Assembly: GCF_964355755.1 (NCBI RefSeq)
Contig: NC_092673.1
Coordinates: 15,720,948 to 15,784,947 of the forward strand
Direction of reading: 5' to 3'
Length of the DNA: 64,000 bases
DNA from: Antedon mediterranea
Lineage: Eukaryota > Animalia > Echinodermata
Shown piece by piece: positions 1 to 13,735 of the stretch. The notes beneath the pieces were generated by a model. That model did not search any database. It saw only the letters and a list, made by a program, of their open reading frames with translations, and had not been told where the DNA came from. The position numbers and the translations under genes were made by a program. How positions within the stretch are numbered: position 1 is the first letter of the stretch; each line of letters begins with the position of its first letter.

Positions 1-519
1 TTAGGAATGCATGAACTTGTAATTAAATTTTAGTCAAACAAAAACAAACTAGAGTTCGATACAATCTACTATTCTTAAAGTGTGATCGTATAAAACAATA
101 GCTTCATATAAACGTTCTTTTAAAAGTGCACAATAACCTAATGAAACGCGTGTTTTCGGCGCCATACAGTACTAGACCACCAAGTTCAGACTCTTATTTC
201 TAAATATAAAGCTTGTCCTCTGTAACACCACGACGATGCAGTTAACTTTGTTTTGTACCACTGACGACGATAATATTCCAAATATGTTTTAAGGGTGTAT
301 ATTATATAAAATGAGTGGACTAATATCAAATATTGCTACCAAACGACTCGGTAACATTAAATTATAGCTCCCATGGTATCACAGTAGGTGAACACTTTTC
401 ATACCAACATGGAAATAAAGAATTTAATCACCAGTACGATTAATCAATTACTTAGGCCTCCTACCTGTTGCTTTTGCTATTGTATTTGCCCACTTTATCC
501 GTTTGATTTGATAGACTAA

Positions 520-870
520 GGTTGTGTTTATGAACATTTAAAGTATCTGGATATGCCAGAGGTCTCTCCTGACAAGGCTAAATCAAAATTCTCCCTACCG
601 TTTACAGACTTCTAGTTATCCGGCTGGCTACTCATGGCCTTATTTTCAGCCTGATTTGCATGATTATCTCATAAAATACATTGTTTAATCCAGCAAGGTC
701 GCCTTCAACTCCCCTGAGGACAAGCCAACCCTCCAAATTTGCCGGGCTGAGGTTGGTCCGGATAACCCAGGTGGTAGTACTCAAAAAAGCCATTAAGGGT
801 CGTTAAGGCATGATTAATGACCCCAAAAGATGACAAGTTATCCGGATACTTGCTGTTCATAAACGGGCCC
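520..870. mobile_element. PIF/Harbinger-like MITE
   Basis: Imperfect TIRs (left ...gtttatgaacatttaaagtatctggata; right tatccggatacttgctgttcataaacgggccc), TAA on both flanks, non-coding. Confidence 0.55.
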
Positions 871-1134
871 TAATACTGTATATCATAAAGTGTTGTTTTC
901 GATTTGATGGTCTGCAGAACAAGACCTTGTTGTTTCCGCCTACTCCTCCATTCAGTCTATGCTTAAAGCTACGTTCATACATGGTTAACACTAATGATTT
1001 AGTTCAGACAGAACGTGCACGTGTATCAAACGTGGCACAGTCGGAGTGTCTTCTCCGGCTACATGACAGGTTCTCGGCTCATCGTGAACATTTTTAAAAC
1101 TGTATAGGCCTAACTTTTAAATTGTATTTTTCAG

Positions 1135-3428
1135 GTTTTCTTGTGGCAATATTAGTTATAGGGGTGCATTCAGAGGTTGCAACGTTCAACATGGGTGGTG
1201 TAACCGGCAATATAACGTTTACATCGATTAACGGCGGTGTTTATACCATAGTCACAGCACTATCAGGACTTGCAGGTACTTATTCTTGGGGAGTACACCA
1301 ATTTCCAATGTTTTACAACATAAAATCGCCGTGTTCAGCAGTTGGTAACGTTGTACACAGCTTCTCCGACGAGTCTGGTACATTATTATCATCCGTGACA
1401 AATCAACCACTAACCAGCACCTTAAATGAACCGATTGTCGACCGATCTCTTGTTTTGTCATCTACCACCAGTGGTGATCGAATTTGCGCGCACATTCATC
1501 GTGACACATCAGACGTCATGACAGCGGTGGCCAAGTTCCAAGAGCCATTTGCAGGTACGATAATGCTCCGACAAGACGCAAGCGATAGTACAGCAATTAC
1601 GACAGTGTTTGTCGATCTATACGATACGGTAATGCCAATCGAAGCTGCAACGTATAATTGGAGAGTAGCAGAATTCACCGGTGATGTAGATTTTGATATG
1701 TCTCCTGAAATGATATGCAATCAAGTTATATCAAGTGAACCATATAATCCAACAAATAAAGATGCATGTAATCAAACCAATCTATCTAATTGTTCCATCG
1801 GCGATTTAACTGGAAAGTTTAATGCCCTGACCGTTCAACCAATTCATTCGATTGAAAAGCAGTTCTTTGACGACACTAATCTTCCACTTTCTGGTAGTAA
1901 TTCGGTTATACAACAGATTCTAGTCTTGGAGAATGGAAACGCCAGGTCGTGTGCTTATATAAGAACACTCTTGAGTAAACAAGTAACTACTTTTATAGAT
2001 GCAGACAATGTACAAGGACTCTTTAATTTTCGACAAAACTCTCCATTAGATTATACACGTGTTGACATTCATTTGAATAATATGCAAAATTTAGCAGGTG
2101 GTTACCACATCCATGAATTTCCGGTTCCACAGCGATTTAGCGCTGAAGATCAGATTTGCAGTGGGGATTCAGTGTCTGGTCACTTCAACCCATACAATGT
2201 AGAAGTGGGTAGCACATACCCCGCACCCACCACTGCAACACTAGACATGTACGAATTGGGCGATCTCAGCGGAAAATATGGTGATTTTGTTGGTCTTGAT
2301 AGTGTTAATGAAACTTACATGGATTGGAATCTGCCACTGTTTGGAAGAAATAGTGTCATAGGCCGATCAATCGTTATTCACTTTTCTGCAGACGGGGCCC
2401 GATGGGTTTGCAGTACAATTGGCTATCCAGGAGAGGTAAAGACTGTATACGGACAATTCCAGACGCCTGTTGTTGGAAGTATAATATTCAGGCAAATGGC
2501 AGACGATCCATTGTCCGATACGTCTGTGTTCATTGATGTCGCATATGGGAATGGTTCTCCGGCAACGCATGATCACAACTGGCATGTACATATTGCAAAG
2601 GTTGGCGGTGACATGATATCTGATACAGGAGTTTGCAAGAGCTGCGAAGGGCATGCCAACCCGTTCAATGTTTACCTGGATGAATATTCAAATTGTAATC
2701 CAAACTACCCAATGAGATGTGAAGTTGGTGACTTGGCAGGTAAACATGGACGGATCACTATTGCAGATTCTATGAACACAAAAGAAGGAAGGTTTTTTGC
2801 CACCGATGTACAACTACCTCTGTCAGGCTTTGGATCAATTGATGCAATGAGTATGGTAATACATACCCCCGATGCTGGAGCTCCACGATTTGCCTGTACT
2901 GATATACACGCGCTTGAACCTAAAGTTATCTGCACCAGTATGTGGACAGACGGGCCTGCAACTGGTGAAATGCGTTTTACGCAGGAATCTCTTTACGATA
3001 GGACTACTTCAGAAATCCGTATGGAAAACCTGGGAATGGAAGCAGGAGGATATCATGTTCATCTTCTACCAGTACCAATGGAAGCAGACTCTCCATGTAG
3101 CCCCGCATCGGTCCAAGGTCATTTCAATCCGTTTAACTCCGTTATACCCACAAATGGCACTGATGACATGTTCGAAGTTGGAGATTTAAGTAGTAAATAC
3201 GACTCATTTGCTGGAAAAGAAACATTTGATAGAGTGTACCATGATTCAAATCTATATTTATTTGGGCCTCAAAGCATTGTGGGGCGATCCATTGTGATCC
3301 ACAGGGATGACGAGACCGCTTCCCGATGGATGTGTTCGTCACTGGAGCAGAAACTACCAGCCGGTGCTTTTCAAATTGAAGTGGAGTCAAAAATCAATAG
3401 TAACACGTATTCAGGCTACATAAAAATG
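1135..3428 (+). CDS. CSRP-like gene, large exon encoding five SOD-like folds
   Basis: ORF 1122..3437; acceptor ttttcag ending 1134, donor atg|gtgagt at 3429; motifs GYHIHEFP, HNWHVH, GYHVHLLP, GHFNP, GDLSGKYG, GRSIVIH. Confidence 0.93.
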
Positions 3429-6400
3429 GTGAGTTAAGGATTATTTATCCTAAAATTAAATTATAAATACATAACTAGTTCTAGATTTAACAAGAACCAG
3501 TATTTTGATTCTGAAATAGCTTTTAAGATTTCGTATAGGAGGCCATAAGGACTGTAAGGATCGACAACATCCGAGCATGAAAGACATTTACTGGTACATA
3601 ATGACTTGTTGATTTATCTTATCATCGTTCGTTCATCGTAAAAAGTAAACCAAATGTCGGAGTACACCAAACTAGCTCTATTTCGTATATGGTAGAATAT
3701 CTATATTAAACGATGCTTTGAAATAACAAAGAGTGAGAGCAATGACAGCCTATTCAAGAGCATGATGACATATCACATGCTGTTATAAATGTATAAAGTT
3801 AATATTAACTAAAACCGTGCTCCCTGTATAAACACTGCATGAACCTAATAATTTATTGCGATCAAGCTTCTTTCTCATCGATAGGAGCATTTCACTTTTG
3901 TATATAGATAATCATTACAATGTAAATGACATAGGCTTACTATTATTCAAAGTTATCGTCACAAATAACATAAAATCCTGTGTCTAGTTCTCCACTAGGA
4001 CGCAACGCAACTATGGACGTAAGCGGAACTTAAACTTGGGTTTCCCACAAGGATGCAACGCAAGCGAGTTGATCAATGACAGGCGACAGTTCAATTCATT
4101 GCTTGTGATTTGTTATATCCCTTACGTTGCGTTACGTCCAGTGAGAACCACGCTTAAGTAATGGGTTATTCGAACAACCGCTTGTCATTGGTCGTCAACT
4201 CGCTTGCGTTGCGCGTGAGTCGCGCGTGAGTCATTGCTTTGTGAGTCCTAGTGGGAACCAAGCTTTAGGGATGGAGTATGTTCCACATTCTGTATTCACG
4301 GCTGCCAAACCATTATTAGAATAATACAGTTGGTTTATATATTATGTTGAAATACCTAATAACCAGATACTGATCTATCAATTAAATAATGTAAACATAT
4401 TTCTTTTAAATTCTGACTGCTGTGTATTGTATGTAAACATTTAAATGCCCTCCTGACGGCAAGCAAGAACATTAACATAAACAGGCTGTGGGGGTTATTT
4501 AAGGATCCATATGTTGAAAGTTAAGTTTGCATCTGGGTTAAAATAATCACTTAAAAATAATCCATATGGCAGAAAGTGCATACATTGTATACCAGTGTGT
4601 GGTAGGATTATCTAATTTTAACAATATTGAATAGTTTATTGTGCCAGATTTTGTTAGTTACTTTTTATAGTTATAAACTAATTCTTTCTATAGAAACTGA
4701 ATATTGCTTTAATAAAGAAAATACTTTGGTAGTGCTAAAATTAGTTCATCTGATTGTTTGCAGTGGTATCAATCTACCATTTACATTTCCCAATTTCCCT
4801 GTAACTAGCCCTTTGAAACACCGGAGGTAAAAATTCAATATTTGTACACAATGGGTTAGCTACTATTGCTTCATTGAAGCTGTTTACTGCGTCAAATATA
4901 CTAATAACAATTATAAATATGTGCTACAAACCTTTATATATCAGGCATGAAATCTGTCACGAATGTCTAGATGTCGATGAATAGGCCAGTTATCTTAATA
5001 ATCACAATCATGAATAGTACATTCATCATTCTACTTTTCAATCTGCAGTATACATTCAACTCTCCCATACCAGATTATCCCCTCACAATACTTGTATTGA
5101 GTATCAAAAGGATCAAAATTTCTTTTAAATTTAATTAAATACCAGTGGCTATATTCACCAATCACACTTAAATATTAAGTATTCCACTTAACTCAATAAA
5201 TATTTTAGTATTTCCCTTCAAAATTTTATTCACTTAGATAGGAGATTTTTTTAATTTCAAGAGTCAGTCTTTTCCGTATACGGCCACATACTTTCTGCAA
5301 AACAGACACACAGACCAGCCCAAAGGTGTCCAGTATTTGGAAAATTGACTATTATTAATAAGTGGTTGTATGTGTTGCTATGCACATATCTGTACACATG
5401 GGGTATCAAAATGACTGAAAATGTACAGGAAAGATTTGAAACTACAAAACCTGCCTGTGCATCTTTCCCAGTACTGTATAATTGTATGTGTAGGGGATTG
5501 TTTACAATTTTAATAGATACTTACTACCATCACCAAAAGCCAATTTTATAGGCCTATGAACTAGGAAGTCCTTTGTTGTAATATCATCCATATTTTAACA
5601 GTATTTTAACATTTGGCCTATTAACTCTATTTTAACATTCCATTTTAACTTCCATTTTAATTGGACCAATACAATTTCTTGAATCTTGAAATCTTGTTCA
5701 TGTACAGTAATGTAATATTTTTATATTGGCCTATTAACTCTATTTTAACATTCCATTTTAACTTCCATTTTAATTGGACCAATACAATTTCTTGAATCTT
5801 GAAATCTTGTTCATGTACAGTAATGTAATATTTTTATATTTAGCTTTAACATTCAATTAAAGATGTTATCTCAGGAAGAATTTGATTGTGCAGTGGTTTT
5901 GTATTTTTAAAATTTGCATGTGTGTTTGAAGGGATTAATTGTTTTAATGTTTGAGGGGACTCCACAGGATGTAATTAGAGGGTTGTCCCTGGTACCATAC
6001 AAAATGTTTTGTTTTTTTTATCTTGTTTTTGTACTTGTATGGTATCAAAATAAATGAATATTTTCTTTTTTTAGTCACAAGTTCACTATGGGACTGGATT
6101 GCTAAGTGATACAACAATTGAACTGTCTTTAGCACCTATTGGAGACTATGTGGAGGTGAGTCTCAAAGTCTATAGGTTTTGTCTTTTTTATGTTCCAATT
6201 TGTTTTTTGTATTATACGTATGAAACGCCATATGTGCCAAAATATTTATCTTTTTACTAATATAAAGTCAAAACACAGTCTAGAACCTATATTAGTAGTA
6301 AACGTGTTGAAATATCATAAATTTTGACAAGTTTAACAAGATAGCAAAATAATTAATTGAAAAACGATATGCAGACTGTGAAAGACACGGGTATAGAATG

Positions 6401-9400
6401 TTTTGTTTTCGCTTACGATTCCAGTCACAAGTTTGACTAAACTTTCTCCTCTTTAAAAACTTGTTAAATTGAAAGTTCCAATTATCAAACAAATACAATG
6501 ATAAGAACTTCATTCAAACTATATTGTAATAAAACAAAATAAAGAATGTTATTACGGATATTAAATAAATTGGATTTAAGGAAAAAATTATTTTAAAAAT
6601 ATTTATTTATGTACTGATGTACTATACTTGTTTTTTTATTATCGTGGTTGAATAACTATTAAAAAATGCCAATTTGAACTTGGGTTCTAATGAACTGTAA
6701 ACATTTGGTCATACAGTTAACACTATCATTGGTGGCATTCCGTCTCCAATAATGTAAATTTAAATTTATTACAAAAAAGAGACTTTGTGAAGAAATAGCC
6801 TGAATTACCAGTGATAAATGATTTGAATGAACATTGATATCATGCCAATCAATGGATTAGAGGGATTAGAGATACCTTTATAGATTAAATTGGATTAAGG
6901 AAAAATAATAAAATACAAAAGTATAATAAACCATGCCTCCCATGAATAAACCTTGATAAACCAAAATGGTATTAAAGTATATTATGTTTGAAGTAGAATT
7001 AAACAAGTGCTTCAAAGCATTGTAGGCCCTGGACGGACGGACAGACAGACAGACAATATGTTACTGTATGAAGTAGGATAAATACACACACACACATTGG
7101 ATACTATCCAAAAATAGTGCATCACGTACACATAAGTGATTTATATGTTGTGGCCCAATAGGACACCTACTGTAGCTTCCATATTTTTATTAAAACTGTT
7201 TATACTTGGATGTATTAATCAAGTTTCAAGTTTATTGTTTCACACAATACAATACAATAGAACAGTAACATAAATTAATAAAAACAATTGTGTGAGGAGG
7301 ACGCATTAAGCCAAGGCTTTAAGTTTGGTCCTCCAGATAATTAATATATTTAATTATTTAATTTAAGTGAGAGAACAAAAATAAACTTCTTTCTTTCGTC
7401 AAATTGACAAATAAAATTAAACAAAAGGCACAAAAAAGAAAAAAAAAACAGTCTTAAGGCAATTGTGAATTACTAATGTTCTAAATAGTTTGAAATAAGT
7501 GTTTGTTTGTATTTTGTTTTAAATGTATTTATGATGGTTATTGCTTTTAGATTGAGCGGTAAGTTGTTCCATATATACGGTCCATTGTAAATAAAAGATG
7601 TTCTAAGTAATATGGTATGCTTTTCGTATATCAGATTTTTTGCAGTTGAAGATCTGGTGTTGTAAGAATGATTAAAATTTTGAAAATAGGAGTAAAATTG
7701 AGTTGGTAATTTATTATGATTTAGGCGGAACATGAATAAAGCTGTTTGGAGTTTATTTATATAAAATATATTTAAAGTAATTAATAGCTTAAGCAAAAGA
7801 AAAATAGTATGTTTCTTCTACACTAGAGTGCCAAGGGAGTGGATTTTTTTTTTTCAAATAAACAAATTTTCCCCATATTTCTTAAATTTTAAAATAAAAA
7901 AAACATTTCTCCATAATTTTTTGTTTGTCTTTTGTATTTTATTTGCATGTATACAATCCATACTAAATGCTACACTAATGGATATAATTTAAAGAAAAAC
8001 CAAAACACTTGAAAAATGTTAAAATCCACATAGTTTATTCTAATAAACCTGTTGCTTCACAACCCTACAAACACAAAGTCCATCCAGACATTGCATCAAG
8101 CTTCCCTTTAATAGCTAGTAATATATTAATACAGTATCTGTTTTTATTTACAGGACACCGAAATCGCCTGGCAAATAATATCCAATTACGGCTTTGATAA
8201 ATGTGTGAAAAATTCCGACAACAGTGACAAAACCTACAACCCATATGTTGTTGACGATTCCAAGGTAAAGATTTTCAATTTCCTATTGTTTAAAATGACA
8301 GATGTAAGTACACAATGAATAAAGAAAATAGACAATTAAGGATAGATTGTATTTAAGGGTGCTTAAAAACTGGCTATTGAGGACCCTTATATGGCCTTGT
8401 TAAATATTTGTTTAGAATGGTGTCGCAAATAAAATAGTTTCTCACGTTTCTTTCTTGTGATTATCAAAAACGTGAAAAGGTATGATGGCGTCAATTTGAA
8501 AAGAAACAACATGGTTAATAACTTTAGATCTTAAGCGTCCTCTAATATTGAATGTCACTTTGTCTGAAAATATGTTAATTTGTGAGAACATTATGATGCA
8601 TTGTTTGACAGCTATCAAACTGGGGGAAATTTGTTCCGGAAGTTTAGTTTTTATTTTTTGGGGATAAAAATACCGATGAATCACAAGTCTGCTTTGTACT
8701 CATTTTCTGTTATTTTTTAATAGTAATTATTCATCAGCAGTAGAATAATTGGTTAATATTTACAAAAGGGAATTGAAAGTAAATATGGATTATCATTAAT
8801 ATAAAGGTGCCCTTATGTTGATATGGAACTCAATTCAACGCAACTGTATCGACATAAGCGCTCCAAGCAACTGAACGCAACTGACCGGCACAACAAAATG
8901 TCAACATAGCTTGCTTTTAGTTGCCAATGTTTTTTCACAACTGAATACCTCAAATCAGTCGAGCATGCGACCAGTAGGGATCCGTTTGATTTTATTGTAA
9001 AAAGCGCTCGCGCATACTGGTTCTATAAAACTATGAATCGAGTCATGTGCAGCGTATGGTAACCACGACTAGTTACAATCAGTTTCAATGTCAACATAAA
9101 GTGCTTGCACACTAATTCCTATGAGTTGAGTTGAGTTCCGTATCGACATAAGGGCCCCTTAATAGTTTTGGATTGGAACTGGTAGAAGAATGTCTGGGGT
9201 TTCTACTGAACTTTGCTTCCCAAACTCCACTGCTCCACCTCATAGTAGTATTAATTTGAATCATTGAACACAAAAATAATGACTGTTAATGTTTGGAAAT
9301 TACCACATGTATGCACATTTTTATTTGGGTAGAATTTTGTAGATTTTCTCGTTGCTACAATTAGCAAATTCTACCACCACACCCTCCTTATCAAAATATA

Positions 9401-12400
9401 AAAAGTGGCTATAAAGCTCTGTCTACACTATCAAACTACAGTAGTAAGTTTGACAAAAAAAGTATGAAATGCCCAAATATGGTAGTGGTATGCCCAAATA
9501 TGGTAGTGGTATGCCTAAATATGGTAGTGGTATGCCTAAATATGGTAGAGATTTTTTTTGGAAGAACCTCATACCATCTGGCCAATATGTTCCCATTTAT
9601 CCTCCCAACCCCAATTGTTTTGCCTGTATACCATAAGTTGAGTTCACACAACGGTGAAAAAATACATTAATATGAATATATATTTTGCAAACAAATTGTT
9701 ATGATTGACATGGCCAGCAGATCAACCCATATGGCTTTATGCTTGAACAAATAGCAAATTGATGATGATTGATTGTTAGAAAATTCCCAATAGAATAATT
9801 TAACCTGTAAATTTGTTTTGTACAGGCTGATGGCACTGGTATTTCAATTGAAATTCATACTATACAAATATTACAGTGTGAAATATAAAAATAGAAAATA
9901 AAAAACATTAAATAAGTGTCAGATTGGTATGGTAACTAGTGGCTTTCACTCTTTGATTAAATCTGGTTATTATATCGAATAGTTTAAAAACTGACCACTG
10001 ATATAAAATGGTCTTTGCAAAAACCATTGCTTAATTTGTGTAATCAAATGCTTATAGAAATGAAGTATTGATGCAAAATTTTGAATAAATTTAGTTCATG
10101 CGCATAAATTAAACCAATTTAATCGTACCCATATCAAACTACATTTATCCTCATTTAAATATAATCATCCTTCATCATACCTAGTAGCTGCCATTGTCAA
10201 TAAACAATTCCTTCATTAGAATTGTTTGATCTTATCTTTTTATGATAATCATCTGAATTATTTACTCTTGAGAAATGTTTTGTCTCATTAATCATGACAA
10301 TCATTAATGAACTCATTAATGTATTATTAATGTTTTTATTTGACTTGTAGGAAAGTTATAATACAGAGTGTGGGCTATCTAGCCACGTCCGGTGTACAGT
10401 AGGAGACTTAACACGTAAACATGGATATTTCAGCACCACGTTGAAACGTGCTATCTTTAATGATGTCAACTTGGACCTGTCGGGACGAGCTGCAGGTTAG
10501 TGGTCAATATATATAATTAATTAAAACTTGGACAAAGAAAAAGTGAGTAGGAGTGAAGTATCAAGGATCTAAGGAGGTTGGAAAAAGAGGTCCAAGAGTT
10601 ACCTTGGTTAAGAAGTGGAGATTCCTTGAACAGACCACTTTATCCACTCAATTGCATAATCTAGACTCTAATTAACAAAAAATATGGTAATATGAAAATA
10701 TTCACTATTCATACAGTACAATGAAAATATATAATCGATTTTAGTTTCTTTAGTATTTCAAACCAAAAAAAAATCTATTTTCAGGAATTATATTTGGAAT
10801 TAAAGAGGCATGTTTGGGTTGTGGTTGAGGTGTAACCTTGGGGGTCATAGTGAACCTGCTGTGTACCCTTCTCCTCTCCCCTAAACCACTCTGTCTCTGT
10901 AGGCCTATAGCATACTGTGAACATGTGTCGGCATACTGTCTAGTACACATTTCACTTGAATATGAATACCATTGAGAAATTCCACCTGTGTTTTTAATAT
11001 TTTACCTTAAACAAATCCATCAAAATCTCACAAGAACTTTGATCCGTTCTAAGCAATCATGGTGTTGCAAATTATACTATAATCTAAAACCCAACATTGT
11101 GTCATTTAAAGTTAAAAAGAAAAATACCTTTTCTTAAACCCTAGAGATTGTAATGCAGGTTTTTCCAATCCAGTTCATTATGTTGCATAGAGAGTTGTCT
11201 GAAATTCATTTACCTAACCTTTTCTGTATTTAATTTTTTTAAATAGTTAAAATGAAGTTAAGGAAAAAAATTGACACAAGCGAGTGTATCAAATTTTGAT
11301 TGACTTTAATGATGAAATATGCATTAAAAATCATAAAATAAACATATATTTAAGATCACATCTGCTGACTAACATTGTGTAGTTTAATTTCCAATGTAGG
11401 ACCAGCATAAATATCGAGGCTGTAGCAAGAAAAAAAAATGAGGCAAAGATGCTTTGAACATAATTATTAATATAAAATATGATATGAAATTGGGATGAAT
11501 AGTGAAAATTCAAAATTTCAGATGACGCAATCACCTCGTTTGCCTCATGCTGGCTACGGGCCTGATTATTGTTCACTAAACTAGATCAAGTTAAGGTTCA
11601 AATTGAGTAATGACAACATTTCTAATCTCAATTCTAATGTATTACATGATTTGTATAATTTGTTGGAGACTATTAATTTTTTCTTTCAGTAATTGGACAT
11701 GACCTATACCTAACTGATGCAAGCAATAATAACATTTACTGTGGAATACTGGAGCCTACTTACACAAGCGGAAAGCTAACTTCACTAACCTTTCCTCAAA
11801 AGGACATAAAATTTGATGAGTAAGCAAAATACTATTCTTGAAAAGGTTACCAGACCGTAGAAATGTGTTACACGTAGAGTACATTAGAGATTGATAAAAA
11901 GTACTAGGCCTAGGTTTGATGAACCTTTGTTGTAATATTGAAATTGATTTTTCTACTTAAAGGTACGATTTCCGAAAAACAATATCCGATAATATTGCTT
12001 CGCTTGAAATGTGGCAAATCGTAGCAACCATTGAACCAGTACGTGCCGAGCGAGAAGATTGCATTACCGTACAGTTCTGGATTCTAGGTATTATCATACT
12101 TTCATACTATCATAAATTTTGAAAATCCTGGTATAAATTGGCCAAGGTGAATTTTGCATGTTTTAACTGACCTGGGAATTATTATTATTTTTTTGTTGGA
12201 CAGTTTTAGACAATTGTATCTACATCAGCCTATTTTTCAAGAAATAAGCACTTTATGAACTGCAGGAATAATTACTTTGGCTTAAGCAATGGGAAAGCAA
12301 GTCGCATCTTTCCTGGGGGATATATTTATGCCCAAATTTGGAGTATTTTTTTTATATAAAATGATCTACTACAAATTGGTAATTTTAGATAACTTATTCC

Positions 12401-13368
12401 TCCATGGATAATATGACATGTGGTATGTTTACATTAATAATTGATAGCTGGGGCAAGTTGTCTATTAAGGCAGGTCTCATTTGTATCAAATGCTTGGCAT
12501 AAAGTTGATCATTTTGAACTTAACCTTCGACAGTAACGCAAATCAATTCAACATTGCAACTTGCTTATGCGAACCCAGCCATCTTCCAATACTCGTTAAT
12601 CTATTGGACTCTAACCCTTTCCAGATTAAGCAATCTTTTGCATTAATGACAAAATACTTCATTTTAAATTCAACTTTCAGGAGAAAATCGTGAACAAATA
12701 GTGAGAGATATCAATGATGCGGAATATGAAGTTGGTTTGGGAAAATACTCGCAGACGGATATTTGTAATTCAGGTACAGGTCACCCTACTTTCTCCGATA
12801 TTGTTTGTTTTTTCTTTCACCTGTTTGAGGAAACGGACCATAAATATGGCGACCCCGATTGTAATTTTCACCATGGCGTTCTACCCTATCTACACAAAAT
12901 ATTTAATACAGAAACTTAAAATGACATGAAGACAAAAATAAAGATTAGATTAAAACACTGTTGTTTTGTTCGATTATTTTTATCTAATTCTCATATAGAA
13001 ATAAAGAAGTGGGTCTTTTTAAAATTAGAAAGTGAAAGAGGACTAGAGAATGCAATAAATAAATACTGAATTCTGAAAATATAAATGAACCATAAACTAA
13101 ATATTTTGCCATTTGAATCGCAAATCACTTGCACTTTCATACTTCCTGCATCGTCAATATTAATTTTCTTTTAATGTTTTTTTTTATCAATTTTGATGCA
13201 GGCAAGTGAAAATGTTTTAACCCGTCTTGTTTATGTAAACTAACAAATAATATCTGAAAATTAACATTTTTGTATTGTTTTTTCTTTTTTTCAGCATTTT
13301 GTACTGTGTCATCTTTGTTCTCAATCATCATGCTAATTTTCTCATCAATCATCTTAAAAAATCCTTAA
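1135..13368 (+). CDS. Cu-only superoxide dismutase repeat protein (CSRP-like), multi-exon, secreted/GPI-anchored; 5' exon with ATG not identified
   Basis: Exons 1135-3428, 6075-6155, 8154-8264, 10351-10495, 11690-11819, 11963-12087, 12681-12773, 13295-13368 join via GT-AG with matching phases (~1017 codons). Repeated SOD motifs HxH...GHFNP...GDLSGK...GRSIVIH; hydrophobic signal-like N-terminus; C-terminal NSA + hydrophobic tail. Confidence 0.88.
3985..4265. mobile_element. Compound copies of a short MITE (aagcttggttcccactagga / cgcaacgcaa family)
   Basis: Inverted ends ggttcccactagga...tcctagtgggaaccaagctt; related copies at ~15617-15714 and ~33161-33225. Confidence 0.55.
5613..5840. repeat. 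Tandem duplication, 2 x ~113 bp
   Basis: ttggcctattaactctatttt...tttttatatt repeated at 5613 and 5726. Confidence 0.9.
6075..6155 (+). CDS. CSRP-like exon (SQVHYGTGLLSDTTIELSLAPIGDYVE)
   Basis: Poly-T ag acceptor, gtgagt donor, 81 nt phase 0/0; parallels the 'F.Q....LSDTSVFID' segment of earlier repeats. Confidence 0.8.
7218..7800 (-). mobile_element. CR1/L2-clade LINE 3' fragment
   Basis: ORF 7473..7796 has the typical ORF2 C-terminal pattern (LFMF...HSYNTRS...SFIYNGPYIWNNLP...FKTK), followed by an aataaacttgaaacttga tail. Confidence 0.7.
8154..8264 (+). CDS. CSRP-like exon (DTEIAWQIISNYGFDKC...YNPYVVDDSK)
   Basis: tttacag acceptor, gtaaag donor, 111 nt, YNP motif of the sixth SOD fold. 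Confidence 0.82.
8805..9159. mobile_element. PIF/Harbinger-like MITE
   Basis: ~35-bp imperfect TIRs aggtgcccttatgttgatatggaactcaattcaac / gttgagttgagttccgtatcgacataagggcccct, TAA flanks. Confidence 0.7.
9414..9549. mobile_element. Partial copy of the abundant ~150-bp MITE (aagctctgtctacactatcaaact TIR) with 21-bp internal repeat expanded x4
   Basis: Left TIR plus atgcccaaatatggtagtggt tandem array; family copies elsewhere in the window. Confidence 0.7.
10351..10495 (+). CDS. CSRP-like exon (ECGLSSHVRCTVGDLTRKHG...DVNLDLSG)
   Basis: Matches the RCEVGDLAGKHG...DVQLPLSG segment of repeat 4; canonical splice sites. Confidence 0.9.
11690..11819 (+). CDS. CSRP-like exon (IGHDLYL...YCGILEP)
   Basis: Phase 1/2 junctions fit neighbouring exons; end of sixth SOD fold. 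Confidence 0.8.
11963..12087 (+). CDS. CSRP-like exon (YDFRKTISDN...CITVQFWIL)
   Basis: Open frame with phase 2/1 junctions. Confidence 0.75.
12681..12773 (+). CDS. CSRP-like exon (ENREQIVRDIND...LGKYSQTDICNS)
   Basis: ctttcag acceptor; tcag|gtacag donor, phase 1. Confidence 0.75.
13295..13368 (+). CDS. CSRP-like terminal exon encoding GPI-signal-like tail (AFCTVSSLFSIIMLIFSSIILKNP*)
   Basis: Long polypyrimidine acceptor, phase 1 matches, hydrophobic tail then TAA. Confidence 0.72.
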
Positions 13369-13611
13369 AACATACCAATAATTACTAATTTATTAAAACA
13401 TTTTTTAACAGACTGTACAAGCAATAATCAGGATAAAATAGTGCCTTTGTTCACAGGTTATGGTGAACACCAAAAACAATTTTATTTTTGCTGTTAAATT
13501 GGCAAATTGGTTAAATAATTTATTTTGTATCGTGACTGTCCTTGGTATAACGTCTGAATATTGTAAATAAGTGAGGCGTTTGAACGTACTGTATGGCAAC
13601 CATAGAGGTAT

Positions 13612-13735
13612 AAAGCACTGTCTACACCCTCAAACTGGTTTTACAAAAAACATGTGATATGATGTCATCATGTACATATATGGGCACATCACATTTTGTT
13701 GTCACATTTAAGTTTGATAGTGTAGGCAGAACTTT
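13612..13735. mobile_element. ~150-bp MITE family copy
   Basis: aagcactgtctacac...gtttgatagtgtaggcagaactt inverted ends. Confidence 0.7.

Noticed and set aside
1252-3390. Short antisense/alternate-frame ORFs within the CSRP exon
   Set aside because: Shadows of the real coding frame; no motifs.
9436-9670. ORFs with VVVCPNM / FRHTTTI repeats
   Set aside because: Translation of the 21-bp internal repeat of a MITE.
12714-12929. Hydrophobic alternate-frame tail (VTLLSPILFVFSF) suggesting a frameshifted GPI signal
   Set aside because: A properly phased terminal exon at 13295-13368 explains the C-terminus without a frameshift.
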